From Takakia lepidozioides (taxonomy: Eukaryota; Plantae; Bryophyta), in assembly GCA_030704615.1 (NCBI GenBank), contig CM060733.1, positions 54,002,001 to 54,066,000 on the forward strand: a stretch of 64,000 nucleotides of DNA, read 5' to 3'. Shown here piece by piece: positions 11,240-23,147 of this stretch. A program made the position numbers and the translations under genes. Positions within the stretch are counted from its first letter, which is position 1. Every line of letters starts with the position of its first letter. Below the pieces are notes generated by a model. It was not told where the DNA came from and ran no database searches. It saw only the letters and a list, made by a program, of their open reading frames with translations.

Positions 11240-14200
11240 CACCTTACGGCTACTGCGCCTTTTCGGGGGTGGGCCCTATAACAAAAAAGTGTCCGAGGGG
11301 ACACCGGATGACCGCTAAGAATAGAGGGGGCGAGGGTACCCCTAGGTACCCAGGGGTATCCTGGCGGACCTAAGGTGCGTTTGAAGTGCCGGATTCCAGT
11401 TGGCGTTTGTTGGTGATAATAGTTGTGAGTGAACGGAGTGCCGTGAGATGGATTTCCTTGAAACATTTGTGGATGGGAAGAATGGGAATTTGAAAGTTAT
11501 CATGTATGTCTGTGATACTGGCATTATGAATGTCACCTCGAGTGTCGGCTGTGATGACAGTTAACGGGCCGGTTTTCCAGCCACGCCTTCGGAGTGCAAG
11601 GATAAGCGGGGCATATTTTTGAAGTTTTTCTAATATTGAATCGTTTGGATAACGATCATGGCAAAATGTGAATTCAATGAAATGGATGGTGAGTTGTGGA
11701 GATGGTGAGGTTGGGGGTAAAGCGTTGATAGGTAGACCTTGGACGAGGAGTATGTCCGGGCAAAGTCGAGCGGGGCATGAGCATGGTGATCGGGTACATA
11801 TGCATGGTAGTAGCCACGGTGGTACTGTGTGGTCGGGTGGCCGTCCCTGGTAGGTGCCTGCATTCTTGAGCGAGAACCAACGGGTTTCAGCACGTTTTCG
11901 AAAGAGCTTGTGGAGGTGCCAGACTGCCTAGTTATGACGCGTGATATGCAAGCCATGTATAACCGGGTGTGTACATTGGCTGAGGAGATGTGGCCAAAAG
12001 ATGTGTTTGCGCTGGTGGCCCATGTATTGGGCATATCGGAATTTGAGTGTTTGTCGGATTTGTGCGTCGGTGGTGGCTTTGGTTAGCCAGAAATGATTGG
12101 AGAGTTTATGGTGCAATACATTGGATTGAGTCCATTTTTTGATGTGTACTTTGGTATGGCTGATGGGGGCTGCCGCTTATTTATTTGTTTCTCTGGTCAG
12201 AGTGGTCAAGAGGTTTCGGACTGGTCTGGGTGCAGAGGGTCCGGAATGGGGTGTATGAACCAGAAGGGATGGGTGTGGGCAATGTGAATAGGGTCGTTCG
12301 AGGTTTCAACTATGGGTTGGGAGGCGTCGAGTTGGGCGAGTAAGTCTACTTCTTCATTACCATGGATGCCAGTATGCGAACGGACTTTGAGTATATGGAC
12401 TGGGTGGCCTAGGGAGATGGCCCTCTGGACAATAGTGGCAATGAGGTTGCGGTCGGGGTGATGATGATGGGCAGAGGGGTGGGAGATGTGGTTGCGAATG
12501 AGGAATAGTGAGGTAAGGCTGTCAGTGAAGATGTAGTGTGGGGGGGGGAAGGTGTCAAGTAGAGAGAGGGCATCATAAATGGCCATGAGTTCAGCCCAAA
12601 GGATGGTGGCAGGGCCAGGGAGCCTGAGGGCAACGCCTTGACTGGTGCCGGCGTGATAGATTCCATACCCTGCATTAGGTTTGGTGAGGGATCCGTCAGT
12701 GTAATGTGAATTGGCCAGTGGGTATTTGGGGATGGTGTTTTGTTGATATATTGCAGGGATTGGGGGTAGAGGCATTGTTGGCTCGACCTGGGAAAGGCGT
12801 GGTGTCACAATGTTCCAAGCTTTGTTGGTTTTGATCCGGGACAATGTGGTGGGTGTATGGGTGTAGGAGAGGATGGTTGGATAATAGATGGTGGCCTTTA
12901 TTTTATGAGTGATGGTGAGCAATTGTTCGAGCTGAGAAAAGAAAGATGGCGGTATGGCTGTATGCCGGGGGTTTTGGATGTGTAGAATCAGAGTTAGGAT
13001 GGGTTCCTTCCATTTGAGATATTTGGGAAGTGGAGGGGTGTGAATATACTTAAGCTGGTTTGGGTCAATTGTGGCAAGTAGATTGACCCCTTCTGGGAGT
13101 TGCAGAAGAGGATGAGAAATATTAGGAGTGTTTTGTTGTGTGAGGATGAGGATTGTGGATGCAGTAGGAGAGGAGTGCGCAACAAGTTAAGAGCTTCGTG
13201 AGAAGGAGAACCAGGTGGAGGATGGGCAAGGCCCCGGCCTTCCCAAGTGTGCTGGGCGGCAATACCAGTGGCTCCAAAGATACAGTCTCTGTGGTGCGGG
13301 CTAGAGAATGTGGGCAATGCCATAGGGCATGTCAGTGGGTTGGAGTAATATGAGTGAGTAAGTTGGAATGTGTTGATAAGTAAGGAGAGAATATCTTGGG
13401 GTATAGTATGGTGCGCACATGTTGTTTCCAATTTAGTGAGGGACCGCAGTTTCTTGGGAGGAGTGTCTTTGAGGTAGCAATCAACCAGCCAATATAATTC
13501 GGTAGCAAAGTCTTGTTTTGGGGGTTGTAGCGATTGTGGGGATGAGGTAGTAGTAGAGTATTTCTCCCAGAGCCATGTTAGTCTTGTATTGGGGATGAGG
13601 CCAATGAAGTGGCCATGTTGAGCGTAAATGTTGGAAAGGCGGGGGTCCATGTGGATTAGAGGTTGATCATGCTGGACATCTTTGTCAGGATTACATTCAG
13701 TTATGCAGATGTGCACATTGGGGGCATGGAGTGGTTGGTGTATATATCTGTTATCTGTAGGTTGGGCGGGAGTGGTGTGTTGTTGGTGCATGTGTGTGAG
13801 ATAGTTGGTGTTGGTTTGTTTATGGAAGGTGGTGAGGAGGGCAAGATTGTGTTCGGGGTCGCAATCATCATGTAGGCCGAAGAGGTCGTCTTCTATCTGC
13901 CATGTATTGTCTGCGAAAGAATACCCAGCCCATTGACAATGATAGTATGGATCAATGCAGGTGGCTCGAAAGGCATCAATGGACGTTTGGGTTTTAACTC
14001 CTAGTATAGCTTCAATGATGTAAGTATTGTTATTGTCGTCGTATTGTGGTGAGGATAGGGGGGATGGTGCGGTGGTTAGGGGGTGTGGGATCCTTGCCTA
14101 GTAGGTGAGGGATTGGATGGCGTATGCAAGTGGCGGATAGGTTCAGGGTTGTATATTAGTTACTTGAGAGGGGAAATCATATTCTATGTCTGTTTAGGTA

Positions 14201-15030
14201 TTGGTGGCATCTGCCGTTTTTGAGTGTTTGGTAGATGGAGGTAGTAGGGGTAGGCGATACTGGGGGAGCAGGTCTTGAGCCATACGCGGATAGTAGAGGC
14301 ATGGGAGGTCACATTGTAGAGTGCAGGAGGTCGAGGGATGGCAGAAGAGGGTACAAAGATGATGTAGGTAGCGATTGGTTTTGGTCGTGGCTCGGGAGAA
14401 TTTAAGAGTGAATTCGCTAGGTTTTAAAAGTCTATGGCCAGTGGCGGTAGTAAGTTGGGTGAGGGTGGTGATGTGTCGTTCTTTGAAATATGTGAGGATG
14501 AGGACCTTTTGTTTGGGATAAGAAATGTCAGAGAAGGGCTTGTAAGCCATGCGCGTTCTAAGGGTGATGAGGTGTTAGGATAGTCAGGCAAATCAGTTTG
14601 TATGCTAATTTTCATTTGGCGTAGGATGAGTAATGTGCGTGCAGTGGGGGAGTGTAGGCAGGCTTGTGGGTGTAGGGATGATAATGAGTATATGCCATTG
14701 TATTTAGATGCAAGATATGGGCTCGAACCAATGCTGTAGTGGTCCATAGGTAGTTGTGTGAGGGCATTGGGGGTGCTAGTTGGTAGATCACATACACGTT
14801 TTGTTAGCTGGATAATACTTTTATCAAGTTTTTTGATGTCTGATAAGGAGAAGGGTGCGGCATGGAACGAGTATTGAATTTGTGTTTGTAGTACTGATTG
14901 AATGATTGATAGTTTTGGTCGAATGGCAATTGGGAATTTGAGCAGGACAATACTTTTGGTAGTGAATTTGGATGATGTAGATTCTTTTTGGATATGCCAA
15001 GTAAGGGAGGGAATGAGTTGACAAGTTGGC
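11240..15030 (-). mobile_element. 5'-truncated Dualen/RandI-like non-LTR retrotransposon: RT thumb, chromodomain, MTase-like domain, RNase H, restriction-like endonuclease; ORF stop at 11370-11372
   Basis: Post-RT region (PSLTWHIQ...YSFHAAPFSLSDIKKLD...LPTSTP). RNase H (YTDGS...AELMAI...IFTDSL...KVRSHTGIHGNEEVD). RLE (ITRHN...RLCPDILLV...IHFIEFTFCHD...KYAPLILALRRRGW). Several stops and frameshifts. Confidence 0.8.
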
Positions 15031-15034
15031 CCCA

Positions 15035-15590
15035 TGAACTTCATTGATATAGGGATACTATGCTTGAAGCCTATGATTCCCATCCCAGACATGAAACATC
15101 TTCCCCCGAAGATTATGCAACTTTGGCTTGGACTCAAGATACTTCTCAAACTCATCATTGACTGTTTTCCAATGACTATCCCATATATAGATGATATCAG
15201 GACCTACATCTATAGTAGATCCATCAATCCCCTCAACAGAAACATAGAACACGGCTGCTCCTGGATGGTATCCAGAATAGAAGTCTCCTCTAAGCTTTAG
15301 ACATTTGCACTAACTAGTCACACATCTGCACTAGGATGTCATTGGCAAGGGCGGGCCTAACAACCTGCATAGAAATCATGCGACACAATGGAATGTCCAT
15401 AACTCCATCCTCAATGAGGAGGGACCTGAAAGTTACATTCAAATCTTGTTTCTTTTCCAGAATAATTGCCTGTTTGGCATCTAGAGAAAGAGGATCACTA
15501 GATGTTGTATCCTCTTCATACTCATCTGCCCCCCAATTCCCTGCATCAATGTCATCAATAATGGTTGCAAGCGTCCCGGCCTCCATAGTT
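15035..15590 (-). pseudogene. ParB/sulfiredoxin-like domain ORF, frameshifted and truncated at the LINE junction
   Basis: DIPLCRMISMQVVRP...FYVS...MFHVWDGNHRLQA; DGNHR is the ParB/Srx signature. Confidence 0.6.
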
Positions 15591-15914
15591 TCAGTTGTAG
15601 TAGTAATTTCCTAATTCCATAGACCAAAACATTTCAAGATGTCAGTGTATGAGAAGAGCACATGTGTGAATGTATAATATGTAAAAAGAGCAGTTCAATG
15701 TCATGGTTGCATGAAGAAAACAAATGAATTTGGATAGTCAACTAATTCCATGACTATCCTTGTTTTTCAAAGCTTACAACTTGGAGCAGAATACAGGCCT
15801 GAGCATCCCGACAGAGGACCTCCGACCACCTACGCCAGCGCATATGACACATATGTGCAACCAACTCAAAATTTGACAAGATTTGAGGCCCTTGAAGAAA
15901 TTTTTGCTCAAGGA

Positions 15915-16445
15915 GCTCCAAGCATATGCGCCGGCGCATACCATGGAAGAGAGGTTGTAGCCAAATATATAGGAGCACCTTGAAAGATCAAACTAGGCCT
16001 ATGGAAGCATGTGGAGTTGTGGAGGTGGCAACGTAGAAGCTTTGAGATACTTGAATACTGTGATCAACCAAAATAGGGAAGGTTCCCCAAGCGTCTGCAC
16101 CGACGGAGGTGGTAGCCTCGACATTTTGGAGCTTACGTAACACAAGGAATATACAACAAAAAACCAAGCTCCAAGCATCTCCGCCGGCGGAGATGCTTGC
16201 ATGAGGTTCCTGAAACCTAGGAGCTAAGCAAAAAAAGATTGTGCTCAATGGGTATGCGCCGGCGGATATGGCAGCCTAGCCCGCTCGGAGCATCAACAAC
16301 TTATGAGAATGCGGAGAAACAAAAGAGATGGAAGGGGGGGAGAACTTCCTGAAATATGTGAGCAGCCCTGCTGCACGGGTCTGCGTTGACAGAGGTGGCA
16401 GCCTTGGCGCTTTGGAGCTTCTGTAACACAGGGAATATGCAAAAA
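15915..16445. repeat. Cluster of GCCGGC-centred palindromes plus a ~60-bp diverged direct repeat
   Basis: Perfect 28-bp palindrome caagcatctccgccggcggagatgcttg at 16172-16199; related motifs at ~15918-15945 and ~16251-16271; ~16090-16150 resembles ~16380-16440. Confidence 0.75.
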
Positions 16446-16454
16446 AAACCACGC

Positions 16455-18110
16455 AATGTATGTGGTTGTAGCATCCTCCAAGGTAGCACTATCTTTCCAT
16501 TCATAACAGAGCTGAGTGTGCCTTTCACGGAAGTCCTCCAAGATATAGTCGTTGGTGTGTCTTCGGAGGCTTTCAGCCCAATGATATAAACATGTTCTTT
16601 CTTTACCTTCCATTGGGACATTGGGATCAGATCCATAAACCCTTCGAATAGCAGCCCAATTCGCTCCTGCTGCATCCGCCATGAAGCCAGCAAAATTTGG
16701 TTTGTTCAAGCCAGCAAGTTTTGCTTGTTCATTGATCATCTCCCAGAATAACACCTGAGCATCTGCATCCTCTGTTTTCATATCGCAAATGGCAATGGTC
16801 ATCATTCGCTTGACATATGGTTCATAGACATGACACGCAAGAGTTGTCCAATCCTTGATGCGTTTGACATGGTCAAATACTACCCAACTTGTGCATAGAT
16901 CCCCCTCACTCATGCGACGCACAAGATTAACACCACTCCCGGGACCAGCAACAGACATCTTGAAAACATGGGGGAGATGAGAAATATGCTGGCCTGGAAG
17001 GAGATTGCTGTGAATGAAATGGTATGTACTCAGACGCTTCAACTCCAATATGGACATGATGGAATTGACACGTGCAGATGCGACCTTGTTTTTCACATTG
17101 GGGCTACAAACATGGGCAAACTCTTCAAGAATATCTTCCAAAGCCTCTCCCTCAAGACGTACTGTCTCTGTGCCATCAACCACAAGAACTCGATCAATCA
17201 AGAACTTCTGGGCCATTGACAAGGAAATAGCTCCCGGGGTCGACCATGGCTTCATCTTAAGGTGCTCTTGAATCATGCTTGATGCATTTTCCGCAGCCTC
17301 TCTATTCTCGCCCTTGGCACATGGATGGTTATGAAACCCAACGTGAACTGCAACACGTGTATATGTTGGAAGGGAACTTGTGACATAGTACATTCTTGCC
17401 CCACAATGCGCCTCACAGAAAGGTCTTTCTTTGCAGAAACTACACTTGAACTGGTTGAATGGAACTTGGGCTCCTGCAATGAACACCTTGTCTGCATTGC
17501 CTTCCCAATAGCGGTCATTCCATTCTCCTTCTTTCTTGAAGAAGGGGCAAGTGCTGCTTTGACATATGAGCTTTCCAACACAAAGAACCTTACTACATTT
17601 CACATGATCTGGAACACCAGACATATTGTAGGTATTGGTCTTGCACCAAGGATGACCATCAAACTTGCGGTCCATGCCTTGGAGGGACTGTGAACCACGG
17701 TCCGTACGTAGTTTGACCACGGGGGGGAGTTCGTGGATCACTTTTCCATCAAAAGCTCGAGGAAGACACCGAACACGATGCACTGGAATGTGACTATAGT
17801 CCAAGGTAGAAAGCTCTCCTTTTGATCCATTCCTCCGAGCAATGGCCAAGATACTCAAAATGGACAACACACCAGAAGGAAATGCAGATGTAGCCTCCCC
17901 TGCTAGTCGTGGAGATGAAGATAAACCCCTCGCAGATTCGCAACAATCAGACGTGGTGTTGTCCAATGGAGTTTTCCGAGGCTTCATGTCGTGAAGCAAG
18001 ACCGTATGAGCAGATGAGGAAGGTTGAGATCCACAAAATACACTCTGAGAAACCTCAACACAATCCGAATTATGAGACCCTAAGCTCGCCGAATCTGCAA
18101 CCTCCTCCAC
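16455..18110 (-). mobile_element. GCM-type zinc-finger plus MULE-like DDE transposase, C-terminally truncated
   Basis: DGHPW...CVGKLICQSSTC...CSFC...CEAHCGARMYYV...HVGFHNHP (GCM/WRKY-like). WVVFDHVKR, GFMADAAGANW and TCLYHW give D, D and CxxH. Similarity is lost after EDATTTY. Confidence 0.7.
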
Positions 18111-18880
18111 ACCAAAATATGCATTGCTTTCATGTCCACCTAATGCAAAAGTGGTTCGTTATCCTTGCAATGGAAACAAGTGCATTATCCCAGAACCTTG
18201 GTTATGCAATAGATTCAAACTTGTTCCGCGTTCAGTTTTTTTGGAGGATGATGGAGATGATGATGCCTCCACAGTGTTGCTTCCAGTTTTCAATGACGGC
18301 CAAAAGTAATGGGAGTTGTTTCCAGACACTTTCTCCAAGTACCGTGTCACAGGTACGAGCTATACACAGTCACATGATGAGAGGCACACTTCTATTGTAA
18401 GAAAGAACGATCAAGCTGCAACAAATGGGAATTGTAAATTGACCTCCTCCGCCATTTATGGCTTTGGCTTACCCTTACTCGAAAGGTGTTTGCTAAGAAA
18501 AATGCTCTCCCAACCCTCCTAAATCGTACCTAATCCTACTCCCTAATGAATCATTCCCAAGTACTAGAGGCACGTGTCACTTCCTCGGCAGTTCTAAGTG
18601 ATATGACGCAATGTGCAATGAAAACAATGTGGGTGCTAGAGGAGGGCTTCCTGGGAGGTACTAAAATCGATTTCGTAGAATCCAACGGCCCAGAATACCC
18701 CCCACCCAACCAATAGCACCCCTCTCCACTTGGACTCAATAACAAGGAATGCAACATCCCATCGCCCACCAAGTCTCGGTGTGGAGTAAAGTGAGGGAGA
18801 GAATGGCCTCCAAGGCCTTATAAGCCCCCCCTCCACACTCAGGGCGCGCGCTGTCATCATGACTGCGCACGCTAGTAATA

Positions 18881-19685
18881 GCTGCGACCGCCAGCAGGGG
18901 TGGTCGCATCTTTTTTTCTTTTCTTTATTATGTGCGACCACCAGCAGGGGGGTGGTCGCAGATTTTTTATTTTTTATTTTTTTAATGGGTGCAACCACCA
19001 GCAAGGGGGTGGTCGCAGATTTTTTATTTTTAATCAGCAGGGAGGTGGTCGCATATATATATATATTTTAATAGGCGCGACCACCAGCAGAAGGGTGGTC
19101 GCAGAAATTTTGTTTAAAACAAATAGGTGCGACCACCACCTGCTGGTAGTCGCACTATTTTCATTTTCTTTAATAGGTGCGACCACCACCTGCTGGTGGT
19201 CGCACTATTTTCATTTTCTTTAATAGATGTGACCACCAGCAGGGGGGTGGTCGTAGAGGGGTGGTCGCATAATTTTCCGATTTTTTAATATCTACCAACA
19301 GTCAGTAGCTCAGTTGGTTAAGTGCACTGAGTGCGACCCGGACGATTATGGGGTCAAATCTTGCTACTTGATGGGTGTGGTATAGTTCATGTGTGGTGCC
19401 CCATTCCTACGCCTCCTGGCGCATAAATGAAAGAGGTTATTTTCTCCTCTCACTACTAAGGGGCCTGATTTGTGAGTTGTTGTTCCCAGGTGTTTCCCAA
19501 AATAAAATAAAATAAAATTTGCGACCACCTGCAGGGGTAATCAGTAAATCAGTAAATAGGTGCGACTACTAACAGGGGGGTGGTCACAACATTTTTATTT
19601 TATTTTAACAGTTGCGACGACCGCTACTGGTGGTTATACAATTGTTTTTTTAAAAATAGGTGCGACCACCAAGAGGTTGGTCCCC
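18881..19685. repeat. Array of palindromic ~28-bp units tgcgaccacc-agcaggg-gggtggtcgca with AT-rich linkers (left array, interrupted by a SINE)
   Basis: About a dozen hairpin-forming units are visible directly. Confidence 0.92.
19299..19517 (+). mobile_element. tRNA-derived SINE
   Basis: A-box tagctcagttgg (19306-19317), B-box-like gggtcaaatc (19351-19360), unique body and (aaaat)n tail, inserted into the repeat array. Confidence 0.65.
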
Positions 19686-20634
19686 TTGCACCTGTATGTA
19701 TATTTGGAGAGGCAAATGAAAAGCACATGTATTGACTCCCCATGGATTCGTGAAGGGGAAGATGAATGTTGGGAGCTGCACCTGGCTTTTGTGGCTTTCG
19801 AAACCATAATAGGAAATCAACAATGTACAGGTAATGACGAAACACCAATACACGCACAACCACCAAACCCTTTCTTGGGTACACATATTCTACCATTTTT
19901 ATTTCCGTACACGTATGCATGTACCCAAACTGAAACATGGATATCCATGGAAACATACTACATATCATGTAACAGGTCACAGAAGTTATAGCTGTACCTA
20001 ATTCCGTCTGGCACGACGACGATGGTATGATCTCACGTCCAGTACAAAATCTTCGTCCCCATTCACTTCACCCCCGTTCCCATGGTCAGTGCTAGAATCA
20101 TGATCTCCATCTGTTTTTTCGTTTCTAGAGGCAACTGGCCGTTGGACCTGTAGTCGTCCTTGTAGCACGTTCAGTTGTCTCCCTGGTCAATTTCCACTCC
20201 TATCATGAATACCATCTAGGGTATCAGGTCTGTTCATAGGTCGGTCACCAACAAAAGGTTGCACAATTCTCTGCCGTTTCTGGGCTTGTCCCGGATTTCG
20301 TGGTGGCCTTGGAGGAGGTCTTGTATGAGGAAGGCTACTCGCACGTACATCAGAGGGGCCGACATGAGAGGAAGGGGCATGAGATGGACCAGCGAGGGTC
20401 GAGGGAGCACGATTCACATGCGGACGTCGTCGGGCCAGATGAACGACAATGGCCGGTCGTCGTCATCTGATGGTTCGACCTGTAGAAGTCCCGCAACAGA
20501 ATAACCATCTCCCAGGATCGGAGTAGCGATGGAAGGAATTACATGAGGGGGAGAGAGACTAGATGGACCAGCATGGGATGGACCGGCTTGAGAAAGAGAA
20601 ACATGAGATGGAGCGGGGTGAGATGAAGCACGGT

Positions 20635-22807
20635 TCACAGGGGCACGATGTCGGTGAAGGAATAACAACGGTCGGTTGTCATCATCCGACGATTCGACTT
20701 GCACATCTCCCGCAGTCCGTGGAACTCGTGGAATTCGACCTCAACTTCATTGTTGAGAGTGTGCTCCACTGGGGGAAGGGGGTCCGCAATTGGGATGACA
20801 CCATGTTGCAGTTCATCAATAACAAGGTCATCGAAGGATGGATGCATTGCAGCAACATCGTCATTAAATTCATATGGGTCATGTGGAGGATTGCCCACAT
20901 CATCGGACCCATCCCAACCGTCAGAGTCGGAGTCCCTCGCGGCGTCAGTGTTATCATTGCTGCTAGATTGGACCTCTGAGGCAGATTCTTCAGACAACAG
21001 ATTCTTCTCGTACCATGCAGATGCGTCACTTGCTTTCATCTCTCGCAGTAGCCTACAATTTGTGTAGACATAAACTAATTTATCAGCCCTGGCAGGATTC
21101 AACTTGTTGCGAATCTTGTTGTGAACAAACGAGTAACTGCTCCAGTTCCGCTCACAGGACGAGGCAGAGCACACTTGAGCAAGAATACGCTTTGCAATGG
21201 GAGCTTACGTTCTTGCTCCAGCTCCAATCAGATCCCACCATTCATGTGACAACATGTTCATTGCTTTTGGATCCGGCATGTCATGGAAAGGATTTTGCCG
21301 ATCCGAGAAGCACTGGTACTCGGACAACGGTCGTTCTACCATGTTCAAGGGCGCAAATTGCATGATGACACGTACAAGCCCAGCTTTGGCATCCACATCA
21401 TCTCTCAAATCCGTATTGTCCAGCAAGAATGGATTCAGCAAGGCCCCTGCATAATGCAAGTCCGTGCGAATCATCCGTTTGCGGTCGTAAAATGCATCCT
21501 CGGTCCTTGCCGCCAAATCGTCGTCCACAGAAAATGGAGGACGCCTCAAGGATTGCACGTGCTTCTCAAGGTTTTCCAATATCAACCATGCTTTACCCAT
21601 TATTGGTTATTTTCCATCAAACTCCTGCAAAGCAATCAACACCTGCTCCAGACCCGCCCTCACAGTCACCAGTCGATCCACCATCAAAAAGTTTGTGGCA
21701 AAGCAGGTTTCACCCGGGTTCCTAAGGCTGTATTTGGGTTCATGCTTTCTAAACAATGTCAGAGGGATGTGATGTGTACGAATGAACGTCACAACCGACC
21801 TTGTTTCATCCATGATTCTTTTCCCCAATCCTCCAAAAGGAGATCAAAGATATGAGCAGCACACCCTTGGTAATATAGATGGGGATATCGTACAATCAAA
21901 ATATCGGCCATATTAACCATGTTAGATGCATTGTCCGTGCACACTTGGACAATTTTATCAGCTCCAATTTTATCGATGTAACTCGTCAACAACCTGCTTG
22001 ATAACGTGCATCTTTTTTCTCCCCGCTTGTGTCAACGGATCCCAAAAATTGTTCCCCCGCGGGACAGACCAGCATGACATTGAACAGTGGTCAATTAGTA
22101 ACAGAACTCCAACCGTCCGCACATATAGTGCTTCCATATTTCCGGAGAGAATCACTTGTCTTTTCATTCACCTTTTGGGTGAGGTCAGACATAGCCTCTT
22201 CTAGTAATCATGTGCGGAAATCGCGATAACTTGGAGGTGTGTATGTGGACTTGGAATCGGACGTGGCTTTGACAGCAGCCACAAATGCAGGAAGCCTCGA
22301 GACATTGAACGGAATATTGGCCTCGTAGAAAAATTGGGCCCACTTCTTATCCAAAGTCCTCTTGTGCGACAAATTTAAGCCTTCTTGCATTGATTGTTGC
22401 CTCAATGGTCTGGTCCGTACAAGTGCTGGCGTATAATCGGGTGTTGCTCCTGACCCACCAGCTTCTTCACGAACAGTAGACGCCTCGCACCCCCTGGGTA
22501 CAACTCTGAGGGACAGTTTGATTCGAACCTGGAGTGTTTGGCTCAGAAGCCGCAGCCACATGAAGAGACGTGGGATATTGCCTCCACATTGGGCAAAGTG
22601 GGCTTTCACTTGCATGGAGGCTTTTGGGCATAAACTAACCCCTGCATTCTTCCCATCTCTGTAGCCGAGGTGATATAACATGCGATCTTTGCGACCCGCC
22701 AGCTTCAATGCACAAAGATTGCATTGAACACCGTCTTTTTTGTGCGGGTCTATGGTGAACCAAGGGATCCACTCCTCCCTCATCCTCACACCCAAAACCC
22801 TAACCAC
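20635..22807 (-). pseudogene. hAT-superfamily transposase (BED-like finger, DUF659, hAT dimerisation domain), multiply disrupted
   Basis: VQCNLC...MLYHL; FFYEANIPFNV; ICADGWS; IVQVCTDNASNM; GCAAHIFDLLLEDWGK; RNPGETCFAT; WWDLIG; SASSCERNWSSYSFVHNKIRNKL. Stops and frameshifts throughout. Confidence 0.92.
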
Positions 22808-23147
22808 AGACTTAAGGTTGAACGAAGAACACTAATGTACTTGGTAGATTTGTCAAGAGCAATAGAAGTTAGAACAGAATGCGATGGCCCAACACTACGG
22901 CATCAATTCAAGTGGATCAATGCACCATGTAGTATTGTGGTTTTCGACAATTTGCTGCAGTGGCTCTGATGGAAGCCACAACAGCAAAAAGTCCGCACCC
23001 TCCTCTTGGGCTTACACTTTCGCTCAAGGAATAGAGAACATTCACTCGCCACGAAAGTGTTTGCCACAAAAGAAGTGAGGGGCATTGGGACCACCTTATA
23101 TACCCTCCAGCCTCCAAGCCTCACACGCTCGACGAATCAGATCCAAT

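Noticed and set aside
14424-15158. 244-aa ORF as a real protein
   Set aside because: It spans the ~15030 junction between the ParB-like ORF (read off-frame) and the truncated LINE, so it is chimeric.
19299-19375. Functional tRNA gene
   Set aside because: Only A/B boxes are recognisable; there is no proper acceptor or anticodon stem, and a body and A-rich tail follow.
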